A program made the translations under genes and the position numbers. A DNA stretch of 64,000 nucleotides from Mustelus asterias. Lineage: Eukaryota. Of the stretch, positions 1 through 10,396 are shown piece after piece (positions within the stretch are counted from its first letter, which is position 1; the number at the start of each line of letters is the position of its first letter). The notes below the pieces were generated by a model, which searched no databases, was not told the origin of the DNA, and saw only the letters and a list, made by a program, of their open reading frames with translations. The stretch covers positions 1-64,000 of the forward strand of contig NW_027591796.1 of the NCBI RefSeq assembly GCF_964213995.1. Direction: 5' to 3'.

Positions 1-287
1 GAAATTTCGATTTTGACACCAGCACATATTCGCATCCCGTTCAGTCTACAGCAGAATTTAATGGGTTTATAGGTGCAGACTAATATGGTTAATCAGCATC
101 TGAAAATCTGACAGTAGTGTGTGCTCAAAAAGACAGATACAAGTCATACTGCAAGTGAACGAGAGCTAGTGGCGCACATTTCACAGAAGATCTATTTTTA
201 AATCGTTTTTCATCACTGAGAAACAGGAAAAGCCAGTCAGACAGATGAGGGAATCGAGACTCAGTGCGGATCTGCTGCACTTTCCTG

Positions 288-662
288 TAAACATTGGGTT
301 TCGTGAATTTTGTTGTTTCAACTGTGGATGTCGGCTCTGCAACGTTCACATTTGCATCACTTCCAGTGTTTTCCTCAGCTGAGATTCCAGACTCTGTTGT
401 CTCAGTAGCAGAGGCACTGGGCTGTGGTTGTTTTGGACTTTGGTGATCACCTTGGGTTTGTCGATCCTTATCTGTTTCTGGAGTAAAGTAACTGTCAACG
501 TTTGGTAATTTTTTGAGTTGCTCTTCAAGCTGGTGCTTTCTTTTTCTTTTCTGGTATCTGCTCTTAAATGTTCCCTTCATTGTAAACCTTCTGAAATTTT
601 GTGAGGCCCCTGCGGATTGTGAGGCCCTAAGCTGTAGCTTATTTAGCCTAAATCCGGCACTG
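288..662 (-). mobile_element. 5' fragment of a hAT (Tip100-like) DNA transposon
   Basis: Minus strand starts CAGTGCCGGATTTAGGC...GGGCCTCACAA (hAT-type terminus with subterminal repeat); ATG at 580 gives MKGTFKSRYQKRKRKHQLEEQLKKLPNVDSYF, typical of the basic N-terminus of Tip100-like transposases; interrupts the tRNA spacer. Confidence 0.6.
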
Positions 663-826
663 GGATCACCGTTACTCATCTCTGAAAATAGACAACAGAC
701 ACGCAGCGTGTTAGAAGGACTAACAACAGCGGAATAATGGCCGAGAGATGGAAATGGGCAATGAATATGGTGATTGGCGGATTTCATTCAAAGGTTCAAA
801 ATGGCCGCCCTGTGATCAGGACAATA

Positions 827-989
827 TGTGGAGATGCCGGCGTTGGACTGGGGTAAACACAGTAAGAAGTTTAACAACACCAGGTTAAAGTCCAACAGGT
901 TTATTTGGTAGCTTTTGTGGCTGAGAAAAGGTGTGGCTTTTGCTACCAAATAAACCTGTTGGACTTTAACCTGGTGTTGTTAACTTATT
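827..989. mobile_element. Short palindromic Penelope-like terminal remnant
   Basis: Inverted repeat AACAACACCAGGTTAAAGTCCAACAGGTTTATTTGGTAGC / GCTACCAAATAAACCTGTTGGACTTTAACCTGGTGTTGTT; same family as 46749-47268; 12-bp TSD ATCAGGACAATA (815-826, 990-1001). Confidence 0.75.
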
Positions 990-1302
990 ATCAGGACAAT
1001 AACCAGAGACAGACAGAGCTTCACCCCCATAGTTCCAGTCTGAACACCAGAAACAGAGGCAGTGATCACTGTCTGCATAAGACCTAGAAACGGAGAAGTT
1101 GAAACAGTCAGTGGAATGGTATGAGGTCGAAAGTGACTCCGTCTCTCCGCCCATTTTTACATCTTCAAACAGTCGCTTCCTCGAGAAGGGAATCGTGATT
1201 TTTCATAAGTGATCAGAGAGCGCCCTTCCGTGGACAGCAATGCCGCATATTGGAAACAGATACACACACGGTCACCTGCAAAGACTGACACATATCTAGA
1301 TA

Positions 1303-1530
1303 ATAGAATCATAGAATTTGTACAGAACAGAAAAATGCCATTCGGCCCACCGATCTGTACCGATCACAAGCCTCCCAGGCCCTATTCCCGTAACCTCATA
1401 CATTTACTCCTCTAATCCTCCTGATACTACGGTCAATTTAGCATAGCCAATCAAACTAACCTGCACATCTTTGGACCGTGGGAGGAAACCGGAGCAGCCG
1501 AGGAAACCCACACAGACACGGGGAGAGCAG
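1303..1530 (-). mobile_element. HE1/V-SINE-like SINE, 5'-truncated
   Basis: ATAGAATCATAGAA tail and GGGAGGAAACCGGAGCA.CCG.AGGAAACCCAC core in antisense. Confidence 0.75.
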
Positions 1531-2139
1531 ATACACACACGGCCACGTGCAAAGACCAACACGTGTAAGGATATATAACCATATAGATACATGCCCAGAC
1601 ACTGACATCAATTCTAACGTCCCTCGTTATAAATCCAGAATTATTCTGTAGATTTCTGACACATTAGTCTGAGTTGCTAACTATGAAAATACACGAATAA
1701 CTCCAACTCCGTGTTCACTAGAAGCCTCGTATACCGCACAGAATCAACAAAAGCATAGACACAGGGATAAGTAAACACAGTGATCGATTCTCAAACTGAC
1801 CGACTCAAACATAGACACACAGACAATCACTGAGGAAGATAAACAAACAGATTAACACAGCCACTGACACACTCAAGAGAAGTGCACTCATTGACAATCT
1901 CAAAAACCCACTAGCTCCAGAGTAACTTACTGAACTGGAATTCCCGAGGGTCATGTCAGTGCGGCAATATCGTGTTAGATATTCATTGCGATGGAACTGC
2001 CCATTTTAACAACAGGAACAGCCAGAAATCTATTTCTCATCAATGGTGATCATTAATTGATGACTCAACAGTGGACACTTTTGGAGAATAAGCAATAATG
2101 GATGTATTTATTTTAACAGCCAAACACATATCATGTTAA

Positions 2140-2425
2140 AAGTTTATTTATTAATGTCACAAGTAGGATTACATTAATACTGCAATGAAGTTACTGTGAA
2201 AATCCCCTAGTCACCATACTCCGCCGCCTGTTCGGGTACACTAAGGGAGAAATTTAGCATGGCAATGCACCTAACCAGCATGTCTTTCAGACTGTGGGAA
2301 GAAACTGGAGCAAATCCACACAGACACAGGAAGAACGTGCAAACTCCTCAGACCCAAGCCAGGAATCGAACCCGAATCCCTGGCGCTGTGAGGCAGCAGT
2401 GTGCCACTGTGCCACCGTGCCATCC
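2140..2425 (-). mobile_element. tRNA-derived SINE (second subfamily, different 3' tail)
   Basis: tRNA-like head GCACGGTGGCACAGTGG...GGTTCGATTCC on minus strand; tail shared with 12692-12925 and 61115-61410. Confidence 0.75.
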
Positions 2426-3019
2426 CGTGTGAGGTCGCTGTAGGTAAGATAGATTCCCCACCCATTCTCGAGGTTGCCAGATCGGATGTTTGGGACACAG
2501 GAGGACAACACAAGGAGACTGCTTCAGGTATAGGTGATTAATTCTCCTCTGTTATATTCCACACTCTGTGGAAAGTTGTGGAGTTAATATCATATATAAT
2601 TCAGAAATAATGAGGAGATGCTTTATCCGATTAAACCCGTTTTGTAAATTCCATTTGAAATCAATTGCATAAATAAATATATGCTTACGTTGAAAACTAT
2701 ATTGGGAAGCTATATCCAATACTTCATGCCATTGGGTCAGTGAAACGTTGTTACCTAAAGCAAACTGTACATGGATTCCACAGAAACGCCTTCTTCCAAT
2801 GGGGATTGGACAATGACTTGAAAGGGAGAAAAATCAGCTTCATGGAATGAGAGGAGGAAATTGAAATGAGAACAAAGAACAGTGCAGCACAGGAACAGGC
2901 CCTTCGGCCCACCAAGCCCGCACCAACACGTCAGTTTGGTAACTCGTCATAAAATAACTGGCAGAGGCATGGTGGGTCGAAGGGCCTCTTATTGTTCTCT
3001 GCCATTGTCAACCATATTC

Positions 3020-4418
3020 AATCATTGCAACAATCTGAAGTCCCTCTCTGCTTCAAGAAGACGCCCATCATCCCGGTACCTAAGAAAAATCAAGCAGCAT
3101 GCCTTAATGACTATTGGCCGGTGGCTCTGACATCCATCATTATGAAGTGCTTTGAAAGGTGTGTCATGGCACGAATCAATTGCAGCCTCCCGGACTACCT
3201 GGATCCACTACAGTTGCCTATCGGCGCAACAGGTCCACAGCAGACGGCATTTCCCTGGCCTTGCACTCAACCCTGGATCACCTAGATAACAAGGACACAG
3301 TCATATTTATTGACTATAGCTCAGCCTTCAACACTATTAAACCACGAAACTCATCTCCAAACTCCGTGACCTGGACCTCGGCACCTCCTCTGTGACTGGA
3401 TCCTGAACTTCCTAACTCACAGACCATAATCTGTAAAGATAGGCAACAACACCTCCTCCACAATCATCCTCAACACCGGTGCCCCACAATGCTGTGTTCT
3501 CAGCCCCCTACTATACTCCTTATATACCTATGACTGTGTGGCCAAATTCCCCTCCAATTCGATTTTCAAGTTTGCTGACGATGCCACCGTAGTGGGTCGG
3601 ATCTCAAACAATGATGAGAAAGAGTACAGGAATGAGGTAAAGAATCTGGTGAACTGGTGCAGCAACAATAATCTCTCCCTCAATGTCAACTAAATGATGG
3701 AGATTGTCATCGACTTCAGGAAGCGTAAAGGAGAACATGTCCCTGTCTATATCAACAGGGACGAAGTAGAAAGGGTCGGGAGCTTCATGTTTTTAGGTGT
3801 CCGGATCACCAACTATCTGTCCTGGTCCCCCCATGACGACACTATAGTTAAGAAAGCCCACCAACACCTCCACGTCCTCAGAAGACGAAGGAAATTTTGC
3901 ACATCAGCTACGACTCTCACCAACTTTTACAGATGTACCATAGAAAGCATTCTTTCTGGTTGTATCACAGCTTGCTATGGCTCCTGCTCTGCCCAAGACT
4001 GCAAGGAACTACAAAAGGTCGTGATTGTGCCCAATCCATCACACAAACCAGCCTCCCATCCATTGACTCTGTCTATACTTCCCGCTGCCTCGGCAAAGCA
4101 GCCAGCATAATTAAGGACCCCACGTCCCCGGACATTCTCTTTCACCTTCTTCCTTCGGGAAAAAGATACAAAAGTCTGAGGTCACGTACCAACCGACTCA
4201 AGAATAGCTTCTTCCCTGCTGCTGTCAGACTTTTGAATGGATTTACCTTGCGTTAAGTTGATCTTTCTCTATACCCTAGCTATGACTGTGACAATGCAAA
4301 GTGCACACTCTCACTTCCTTCTCTATGAACGGTATGTTTTGTCTGTATAGCGCGCAAGAAACAATACTTTTCACTGTACGTTAATACATGTGACAATAAT
4401 AAATCAAATCAAATCAAA
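3020..4418 (+). mobile_element. Rex1/Babar-clade LINE, 5'-truncated, frameshifted RT
   Basis: [56 protein letters not shown]-like motif, RTNRLKNSFFPAAVRLLN; (AAATC)n tail. Confidence 0.9.
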
Positions 4419-4506
4419 GTCATTCTTGGATCAATATGTCTACAGCAGTCCCAACGAGTGTTGCAACATTTCCAGAGAGTCCCATTGGGTCCTACGGACG
4501 CCAGCA

Positions 4507-4579
4507 GTTTCTGTAGTGTAATGGTGGTTGCATTCGCCTCACACACGGAAAATCCCTCGTTCAAAACCATGCCGAAATA
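4507..4579 (+). pseudogene. tRNA-Val(CAC) pseudogene
   Basis: GTTTCTGTAGTGTAATGG...CCTCACACACGG...CGTTCAAAACCATGCCGAAATA; many mismatches in D, T and acceptor stems relative to the 5581 copy. Confidence 0.8.
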
Positions 4580-5580
4580 TTATTAAAATTTGTTCGTTAA
4601 GGTGAGGCAAGTTTACATGATTGAAATTTATTGCTGAACATTATCCGAAACTCAATATTAAAGCCATGTTATTTTTGCTCTGACCTCGGCCTCAAAATCT
4701 TTCAGCAAAATCAGAGATCTTGTATTTTTATGATGCAATGAGAGGAAATAGATGTTCCTGTTTTGACACCGTGGACATATCAGCAACTCATTCAGTCCAC
4801 AACAGAATTTAATGGCTTTGTTGATGCAGACTAACAAAGTGAATCATCATCTGAACCATGTCTAATAGTATTGTGTGCTCAAAAAGGCAGACACAAGTGA
4901 AACTGTAACTGAACTAGAGGAAATGACGCACATTGCGCGGAACCATTATTTTAACATCGTTCTTCAGAGTAAAGAAATAGGGAAAACCACTCAGACAGTT
5001 GAGGAAATCGAGAATTAGTGCGGATCTACTGGACTTTCCTGCAGCTGAGTGGAATTTAGACGTCTGAGTGTTTCACACACAGAATAAAGAGGGATCAAGT
5101 ATAACTAACAAGTCATTCTTAAATCTATTCCCTTGAAAGATATTTGATTTTGTTTAAAAGCTGATTGTGGTCAATCTCAATTAAGCACCGTGACATGTGA
5201 CTCGATTCATGTTTGCAATTCAATATTGTCTACTTCGGAGATATTTCATTCAGAATGAGGAGATATGTAATTAATAATAATATATTAATATTAAACATTG
5301 AACAACGAAAAAATACTGGGTAGAACTGGTTGAAATTATTCGAAGGAAAATGAGAATGATGCATTAATGATTGAGCAGAAATCATTGCTCCCTTAGATAT
5401 TTGCCGGATGACCGCTTTTAAAGGTTGAAGTTCAAGATAAGTTGAGAAATCAGGTTGAAAGAAACGGTTTTTGTCTTGTATTGAGTGACATGGGCTCTCA
5501 GTATAACCATTCAAACCTGCAGCAACACAGTCGAGTTGAACATTGTGGCCAGGCCAATTGGCGGCGCTATGCTATCAGTT

Positions 5581-5653
5581 GTTTCTGTAGTGTAGTGGTT
5601 ATCACGTTCGCCTCACACGCGAAAAGTCCCCGGTTCGAAACCGGGCAGAAACA
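5581..5653 (+). tRNA. trnV-CAC: tRNA-Val, anticodon CAC
   Basis: GTTTCTGTAGTGTAGTGGTTATCACGTTCGCCTCACACGCGAAAAGTCCCCGGTTCGAAACCGGGCAGAAACA; intact A and B boxes, paired acceptor stem GTTTCTG/CAGAAAC, nearly identical to vertebrate Val-CAC. Confidence 0.93.
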
Positions 5654-5816
5654 TTAATTATAGTTCTTCATTTAGCGTGAGGGAAGTTTTGCATGGTAGT
5701 TGTTGCTGAACATTGTCCGATTCTCCATGTTGTAATCATGTTGTCTTTGCTCTGAACTCGGCCACAAATGCTTTCAGCAAAATCAGAAATGCTGTGTTTT
5801 AAGACGCAATGAGGAA

Positions 5817-6149
5817 ATCATAGAATCCCTACAGTGCAGAAGGAGGCCATTCGGCCCATCGAGTCTGCACCGACCACAATCCCACCCAGGCCCTACCCCC
5901 ACATATTTACCCGCTAATCCCTCCAACCTACGCATCTCAGGACTCTAAGGGGCAATTTTTAACCTGGCCAATCAACCTAACCCGCACATCTTTGGACTGT
6001 GGGAGGAAACCGGAGCACCCGGAGGAAACCCACGCAGACACGAGGAGAATGTGCAAACTCCACACAGACAGTGACCCGAGCCGGGAATTGAACCCAGGAC
6101 CCTGGAGCTGTGAAGCAGCAGTGCTAACCACTGTGCTACCGTGCCGCCC
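5817..6149 (-). mobile_element. Full-length HE1-like SINE (young subfamily)
   Basis: tRNA-like head, V-domain core and CR1-like tail; nearly identical to 9572-9917 and 48109-48435. Confidence 0.9.
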
Positions 6150-6194
6150 CGCTATGCTATCAGTTGTTTCTGTAGTGTAGTGGTTATCACGTTC
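6150..6194 (+). pseudogene. Duplicated 5' flank plus 5' fragment of the tRNA-Val gene at 5581
   Basis: CGCTATGCTATCAGTTGTTTCTGTAGTGTAGTGGTTATCACGTTC is identical to 5565-5609. Confidence 0.85.
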
Positions 6195-6205
6195 TGTAGT
6201 GTGCC

Positions 6206-6380
6206 CCGCGGCACGGTAGCACAGTGGTTAGCACTGCTGCTTCACAGCTCCAGGGTCCTGGGTTCGATTCCCGGCTCGGGTCACTGTCTGTGTGGAGTTT
6301 GCACATTCTCCTCGTGTCTGCGTGGGTTTCCTCCGGGTGCTCCGGTTTCCTCCCACAGTCCAAAGATGTGCGGTTAGGTT
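6206..6380 (+). mobile_element. HE1-like SINE, 3'-truncated, head-to-head with 5817-6149
   Basis: GCGGCACGGTAGCACAGTGGTTAGC...CCAAAGATGTGCGGTTAGG. Confidence 0.85.
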
Positions 6381-6974
6381 AGGAAATAAATGTGTGTATT
6401 TTGACACTGTGCGCATATTAGCAACTTGTTCAGTCCATAACAGAATATAATGGTTTTACAAGTGCAGACGAACATAGTTAATCATCATCTGAAACATGTG
6501 TCATAGTCGTGTGTGCTCATAAAGACAGACACAAGTGAAACTGTAACTGAACGAGAGGAAATGGCGCACATTTCCCGGAAGCATATTTTAAAAATTGTTC
6601 TTCATTATAAAGAAATGGGGAAAAATCACTCAGGGAGATGAGTAAATCGAAACTCAGTGTAGATCTGCTGGACTTTTCTATAGATGAGCGGGATTTAGGC
6701 GCCAGAATGTTTCACATGCAGAATAAAGAGGGATCAAGTATAACTAGCAAATCATTATTAAATCTTTTCCCTTTTAGGATGTTTGATATTGTTTAAAAGC
6801 TGACGGTCTCAAATAAGCACCATGGAATGTGTATTACCCAGTAACTCGATTTCTTTTATTGGTCAGTAATGTTTGCAATGCAATGTTGCATATTCCCGAG
6901 ATATTCAACTCAGAATGAAGATGTATGTATTAAATACATGGATTCATATTTAATATTGAAAACGAAACAAATAT

Positions 6975-8280
6975 TGAGTAACTCGCCAACGTTTCGAGTT
7001 TGGATGACCCTTCATCAGAGCTAAGGGCAAAGAAAATCAGACAAGATTTATATTATGAGGGTGGAAGGGGGGGGTGCTGTAATTGGACAAGGGGAATGAA
7101 AAGGAGAATGCAGAAGGCTGAGAGAGGTGTGAAAAGTGTTAATCAGAATGGTAGAGCAGAGGTACAGATGGTTTGCCCTGAATGGAGGGGGGGAGGGGGA
7201 GTTGGTGGGGGGGAGGGGGCGGGTGTGGGCGAGAAGGAGAGCAGGGATGAAGAAGTTGAAAAATGGAAGTGAGAAAGAAATATGATAAAATGGATGAATG
7301 AGATGAAAAGAAGAAACAAAATGAAATAAAATAAATGGAAATGGGGTGAAGGTGGAGGGGAGAATCATGGTCTGAAGTTGTTGAACTCAATATTCAGTCT
7401 GGAAGGCTGTAAAGTGCCCAATCGGAAGATGAGGTTCTGTTCCTCCAATTTGCATTGGGGTTCACGAGAACATTGGAAAAGGCCAAGGACGGACATGTGG
7501 GCAGGAGAGCAGGGTGGTGTTTTGAAGGGGCAAGTGACAGGAAGGTCTGGGTCCTGCTTGCAGATGGACTGAAGGTTTTCAACAAAGTGGTCACCCAATT
7601 TGTGTTTGGTCTCTCCGATGTAGAGTAGACTGGATTGGCAGCAGCGAATTGAATAGACCAGGTTGAAGAAGGTGCATGTGAAGCGCTGCCTCACTTGAAA
7701 GGGGTGTTTAGAACCCGGGAAGTGAATAGGGAGGAGATAAAGCGGCAGGTGTTGCACCTTCTACGATGGCATGGGAAGGTGCCATGGGTAGAGGATAGGA
7801 TGTTGGTTGGATGGAGGCATGAACCAGGGTATCCCAGAGAGAACGATCCTTGTGGAATGCTGGGAAGTGGGCGGGGGGCTGAGGGGAAGATGTGTTGGGT
7901 AGTGGCATCATGCTGGAATTGGCAGCAATGGCAGCAGATGATCCTTTGAATGCGGAGGCTGGTTGGGTGAAAAGTGAAGACAAGGGGAACCTTGTCCTGG
8001 TTCTGAGAGGAAGGGGAGGGAGTGAGAGCAGTGGCTCGGGGGATGGGTGGACAGGGGCAAGAGCCCTGTCAACAACAGTGGGTGGAAAACCACAACTGGT
8101 GAAGAAGAAAGACATATCTGCAACGCTATTTAGGAAAGTGGTAAGATCAGAACAGATGCAGCGGAGGTGAAAGAATGAAGAGAATGGGATGGAGTCCTTT
8201 CAGGATGTGGGGTGTGAAGAGCTGCAGTCAAGATAGTTGTGGGAGTTGGTGGGCTTGTAATAGATACTGGTGGATAGTCA
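6975..8280 (-). mobile_element. Penelope-like retroelement, 3' part (linker plus GIY-YIG endonuclease)
   Basis: ORF 7365-7757 NLVYSIRC...LLYIGETK...EQNLIFRLGTLQPSRLNIEF is a PLE GIY-YIG domain; ORF 7708-8115 has GFPPTVVDRAL; hammerhead motif at the terminus. Confidence 0.85.
6985..7021 (-). ncRNA. Minimal type-I hammerhead ribozyme motif in Penelope terminus
   Basis: Minus strand GCU-CUGAUGA-A-GGGU(CAUCCAA)ACUC-GAAA-CG-UU-GGC: intact core, 4-bp stem II, palindromic vestigial stem III, 3-bp stem I. Confidence 0.65.
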
Positions 8281-8356
8281 AACCATGAGAACCTGCAGCA
8301 ACACAGCAGAGTTGAACCTTGCAGACAGGTCGATTGGCTGCGCCTAACTGCTGGTA

Positions 8357-8429
8357 GTTTCTGTAGTGTAGTGGCTATCATGTTTGCCTAACACGTAAGA
8401 AGTCCCTGGTTCAAAACCAGACAGAAACT
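8357..8429 (+). tRNA. trnV-AAC: tRNA-Val(AAC), divergent (possibly a pseudogene)
   Basis: GTTTCTGTAGTGTAGTGGCTATCATGTTTGCCTAACACGTAAGAAGTCCCTGGTTCAAAACCAGACAGAAACT; AAC anticodon, several G-U pairs and CpG-decay changes, T discriminator. Confidence 0.65.
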
Positions 8430-9355
8430 TTATCATTTCAGGAAGTATGCATGATTTTGGTTATTTGCTGAACATTATCCAATTCTCGATGTTGTCGCCA
8501 TGTTATCTTTGTTTTGACTTCGGTCTCAAATGCTTTCAGGAAAATCAGAAATGGTGCATTTTAAGATGTCGTTGCAGGAAAGAAATGTTTGTATTTTGAC
8601 ACCGTGCATATATTAGCAACTTGTTCAATCCATGAAACATGTCGAATAGTAGTGTGTGCTCATAAAGACAGACACAAGTGATACTGTAACTGAACTAGAG
8701 GAAGTGGTGCACATTGCACAGAAACATCTTTTTAAAATCGTTTTCATAATAATATAGGGAAAACCATTCATGCTGTTGAGGGAATCGAGGCTCACTGCAG
8801 ATCTACTGGACTTTCCGATAGATGAATGGGATTTAGGCGCCAGCATATTTCACACCCAGAATAAACTAACTGATCATTCTTAAATCTCTTCCCATTAAAC
8901 ATATTTGATTTTGTTGATAAACTGACTATGGTCAATCTCAAATAAGCATCATGGGAAGTGCATTAACCAGTGACTCGATCTGTTTTGTTGGCCAGTTATA
9001 GTTGCAATTCAATGCTGCATATGTCAGAGATATTCAATTCAGAATGAGGAGATGCATAATAAATAAATGTATTGATGTTAAATGTTGAATAATGAACAGG
9101 GGTTCATTATCAGTTTTTGTTTCAGATTCTCGCATCCACAGTTTTTTGCTTTTATTTATTCGCTCTGACTTGAACCTCAAAATTTATTCAGAGCGATCGG
9201 AAATACTGGATTTTCATGAGAAGAAAAAGATGATGTGTGGGAGGAAACAGGAGCACCTGGAGAACGTGCGGACTCCGCACAGTCACCCCAAGCCGAGAAA
9301 CAAACCTGAGTCCCTGGTGCTGTAATGGCTGTCCACAGAGAGAATGTGGACAACC

Positions 9356-9995
9356 TGTGGTGAACCATTGTTGGTTGCCACCAGGTAGTGCTGAGCCAGG
9401 GTCTGGCCAGTACTATGAGTCTGTAGATATGTTACTGTTGGGGTTAGGGTTGGGCTGTTCTACCTGTTAATATAGTCCTATGGTACACACCAGTTGGCTC
9501 CGCCTCCTGGGAGAGGTATAAAGGTCACTGCTCTGCCTGGTGGCCCTTTAGTCTGGGATTGTATATTGTATATCATAGAAGAAATCATAGAAACCCTACA
9601 GTGCAGAAGGAGGCCATTCGGCCCATCGAGTCTGCACCGACCACAATCCCACCCAGGCCCTACCCCCACACATTTACCCGCTAATCCCTCTAACCTACGC
9701 ATCTCAGGACTCTAAGGGGCAATTTTTAACCTGGCCAATCAACCTAACCCGCACATCTTTGGACTGTGGGAGGAAACCGGAGCACCCGGAGGAAACCCAC
9801 GCAGACACGAGGAGAATGTGCAAACTCCACACAGACAGTGACCCGAGCCGGGAATCGAACCTGGGACCCTGGAGCTGTGAAGCAGCAGTGCTAACCACTG
9901 TGCTACCGTGCCGCCCCGTAGCTCTGTTATTGTTGGCAATAAAAGCCTTTATTTCCCGAGTACATCTTGCCTCCCGTGTGATATATCGCGCATCA
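9356..9995 (+). mobile_element. Solo LTR interrupted by a SINE
   Basis: TG...CA ends, 5-bp TSD CAACC (9351-9355, 9996-10000), TATAAA near 9517, AATAAA near 9938. Confidence 0.8.
9572..9917 (-). mobile_element. Full-length HE1-like SINE inside the solo LTR
   Basis: Near-identical to 5817-6149. Confidence 0.9.
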
Positions 9996-10209
9996 CAACC
10001 ATGAGCAGTATTTTCCCCTGGTTTCATTCCCTCACCCTGCAGTATAAATATCTTCCACTTTCTATGTCTTTTTGCTTTGACAAAGGGTCATCTGGACTCA
10101 ATATTGCAAATATCTCTGACATTAAGTGATGTCCATCTTTGTGCGGGGCAAACGTGCTCCATTTGGCCAGAAGGTGAAGAGTCGGAACAGATGTGCCCCT
10201 AACAAAGAT

Positions 10210-10396
10210 GACGACGATGTGGGGGCGGGGCTTTGGGCGGTGCACGCAGGGCGGTGCACGCAGAACGCTGAGGCGGTTGGGATCGCACATGCGCGCATTG
10301 CAGCGGGAGCGTTTTGTTGACGGAAGTGTGCGGCTTCTTCTCTTGATCTGAATCAGATTTGAAAGCGGGGGACGGTTAACGGTCGGCGGCGTTGTC
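10210..10396 (+). promoter_or_regulatory. CpG-island promoter of EMC4
   Basis: GC box GGGGCGGGG near 10222, NRF1-like GCACATGCGCGC 10285-10296, ETS/GABP GACGGAAGTG 10319-10328, Kozak GTCATGG. Confidence 0.7.

Larger units (their letters stand above)
1..9090 (+). repeat. Decayed tandem array of tRNA-Val units (about 1.07-kb unit: tRNA gene plus conserved spacer)
   Basis: The same spacer (TTTTGACACC...TTCAGTC...GTGTGCTCA.AAAGACAGA.ACAAGT...GGCGCACATT...GAAAACCA.TCAG) recurs at about 1-287, 4745-5300, 6385-6970 and 8581-9090; tRNA starts at 4507 and 5581 are 1074 bp apart. Confidence 0.85.

Noticed and set aside
125-787. 220-aa ORF as a host gene
   Set aside because: Chimera of flank, hAT fragment and tRNA spacer
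6206-6280. SINE heads as tRNA genes
   Set aside because: They continue into the SINE core and are tRNA-derived promoters, not tRNAs
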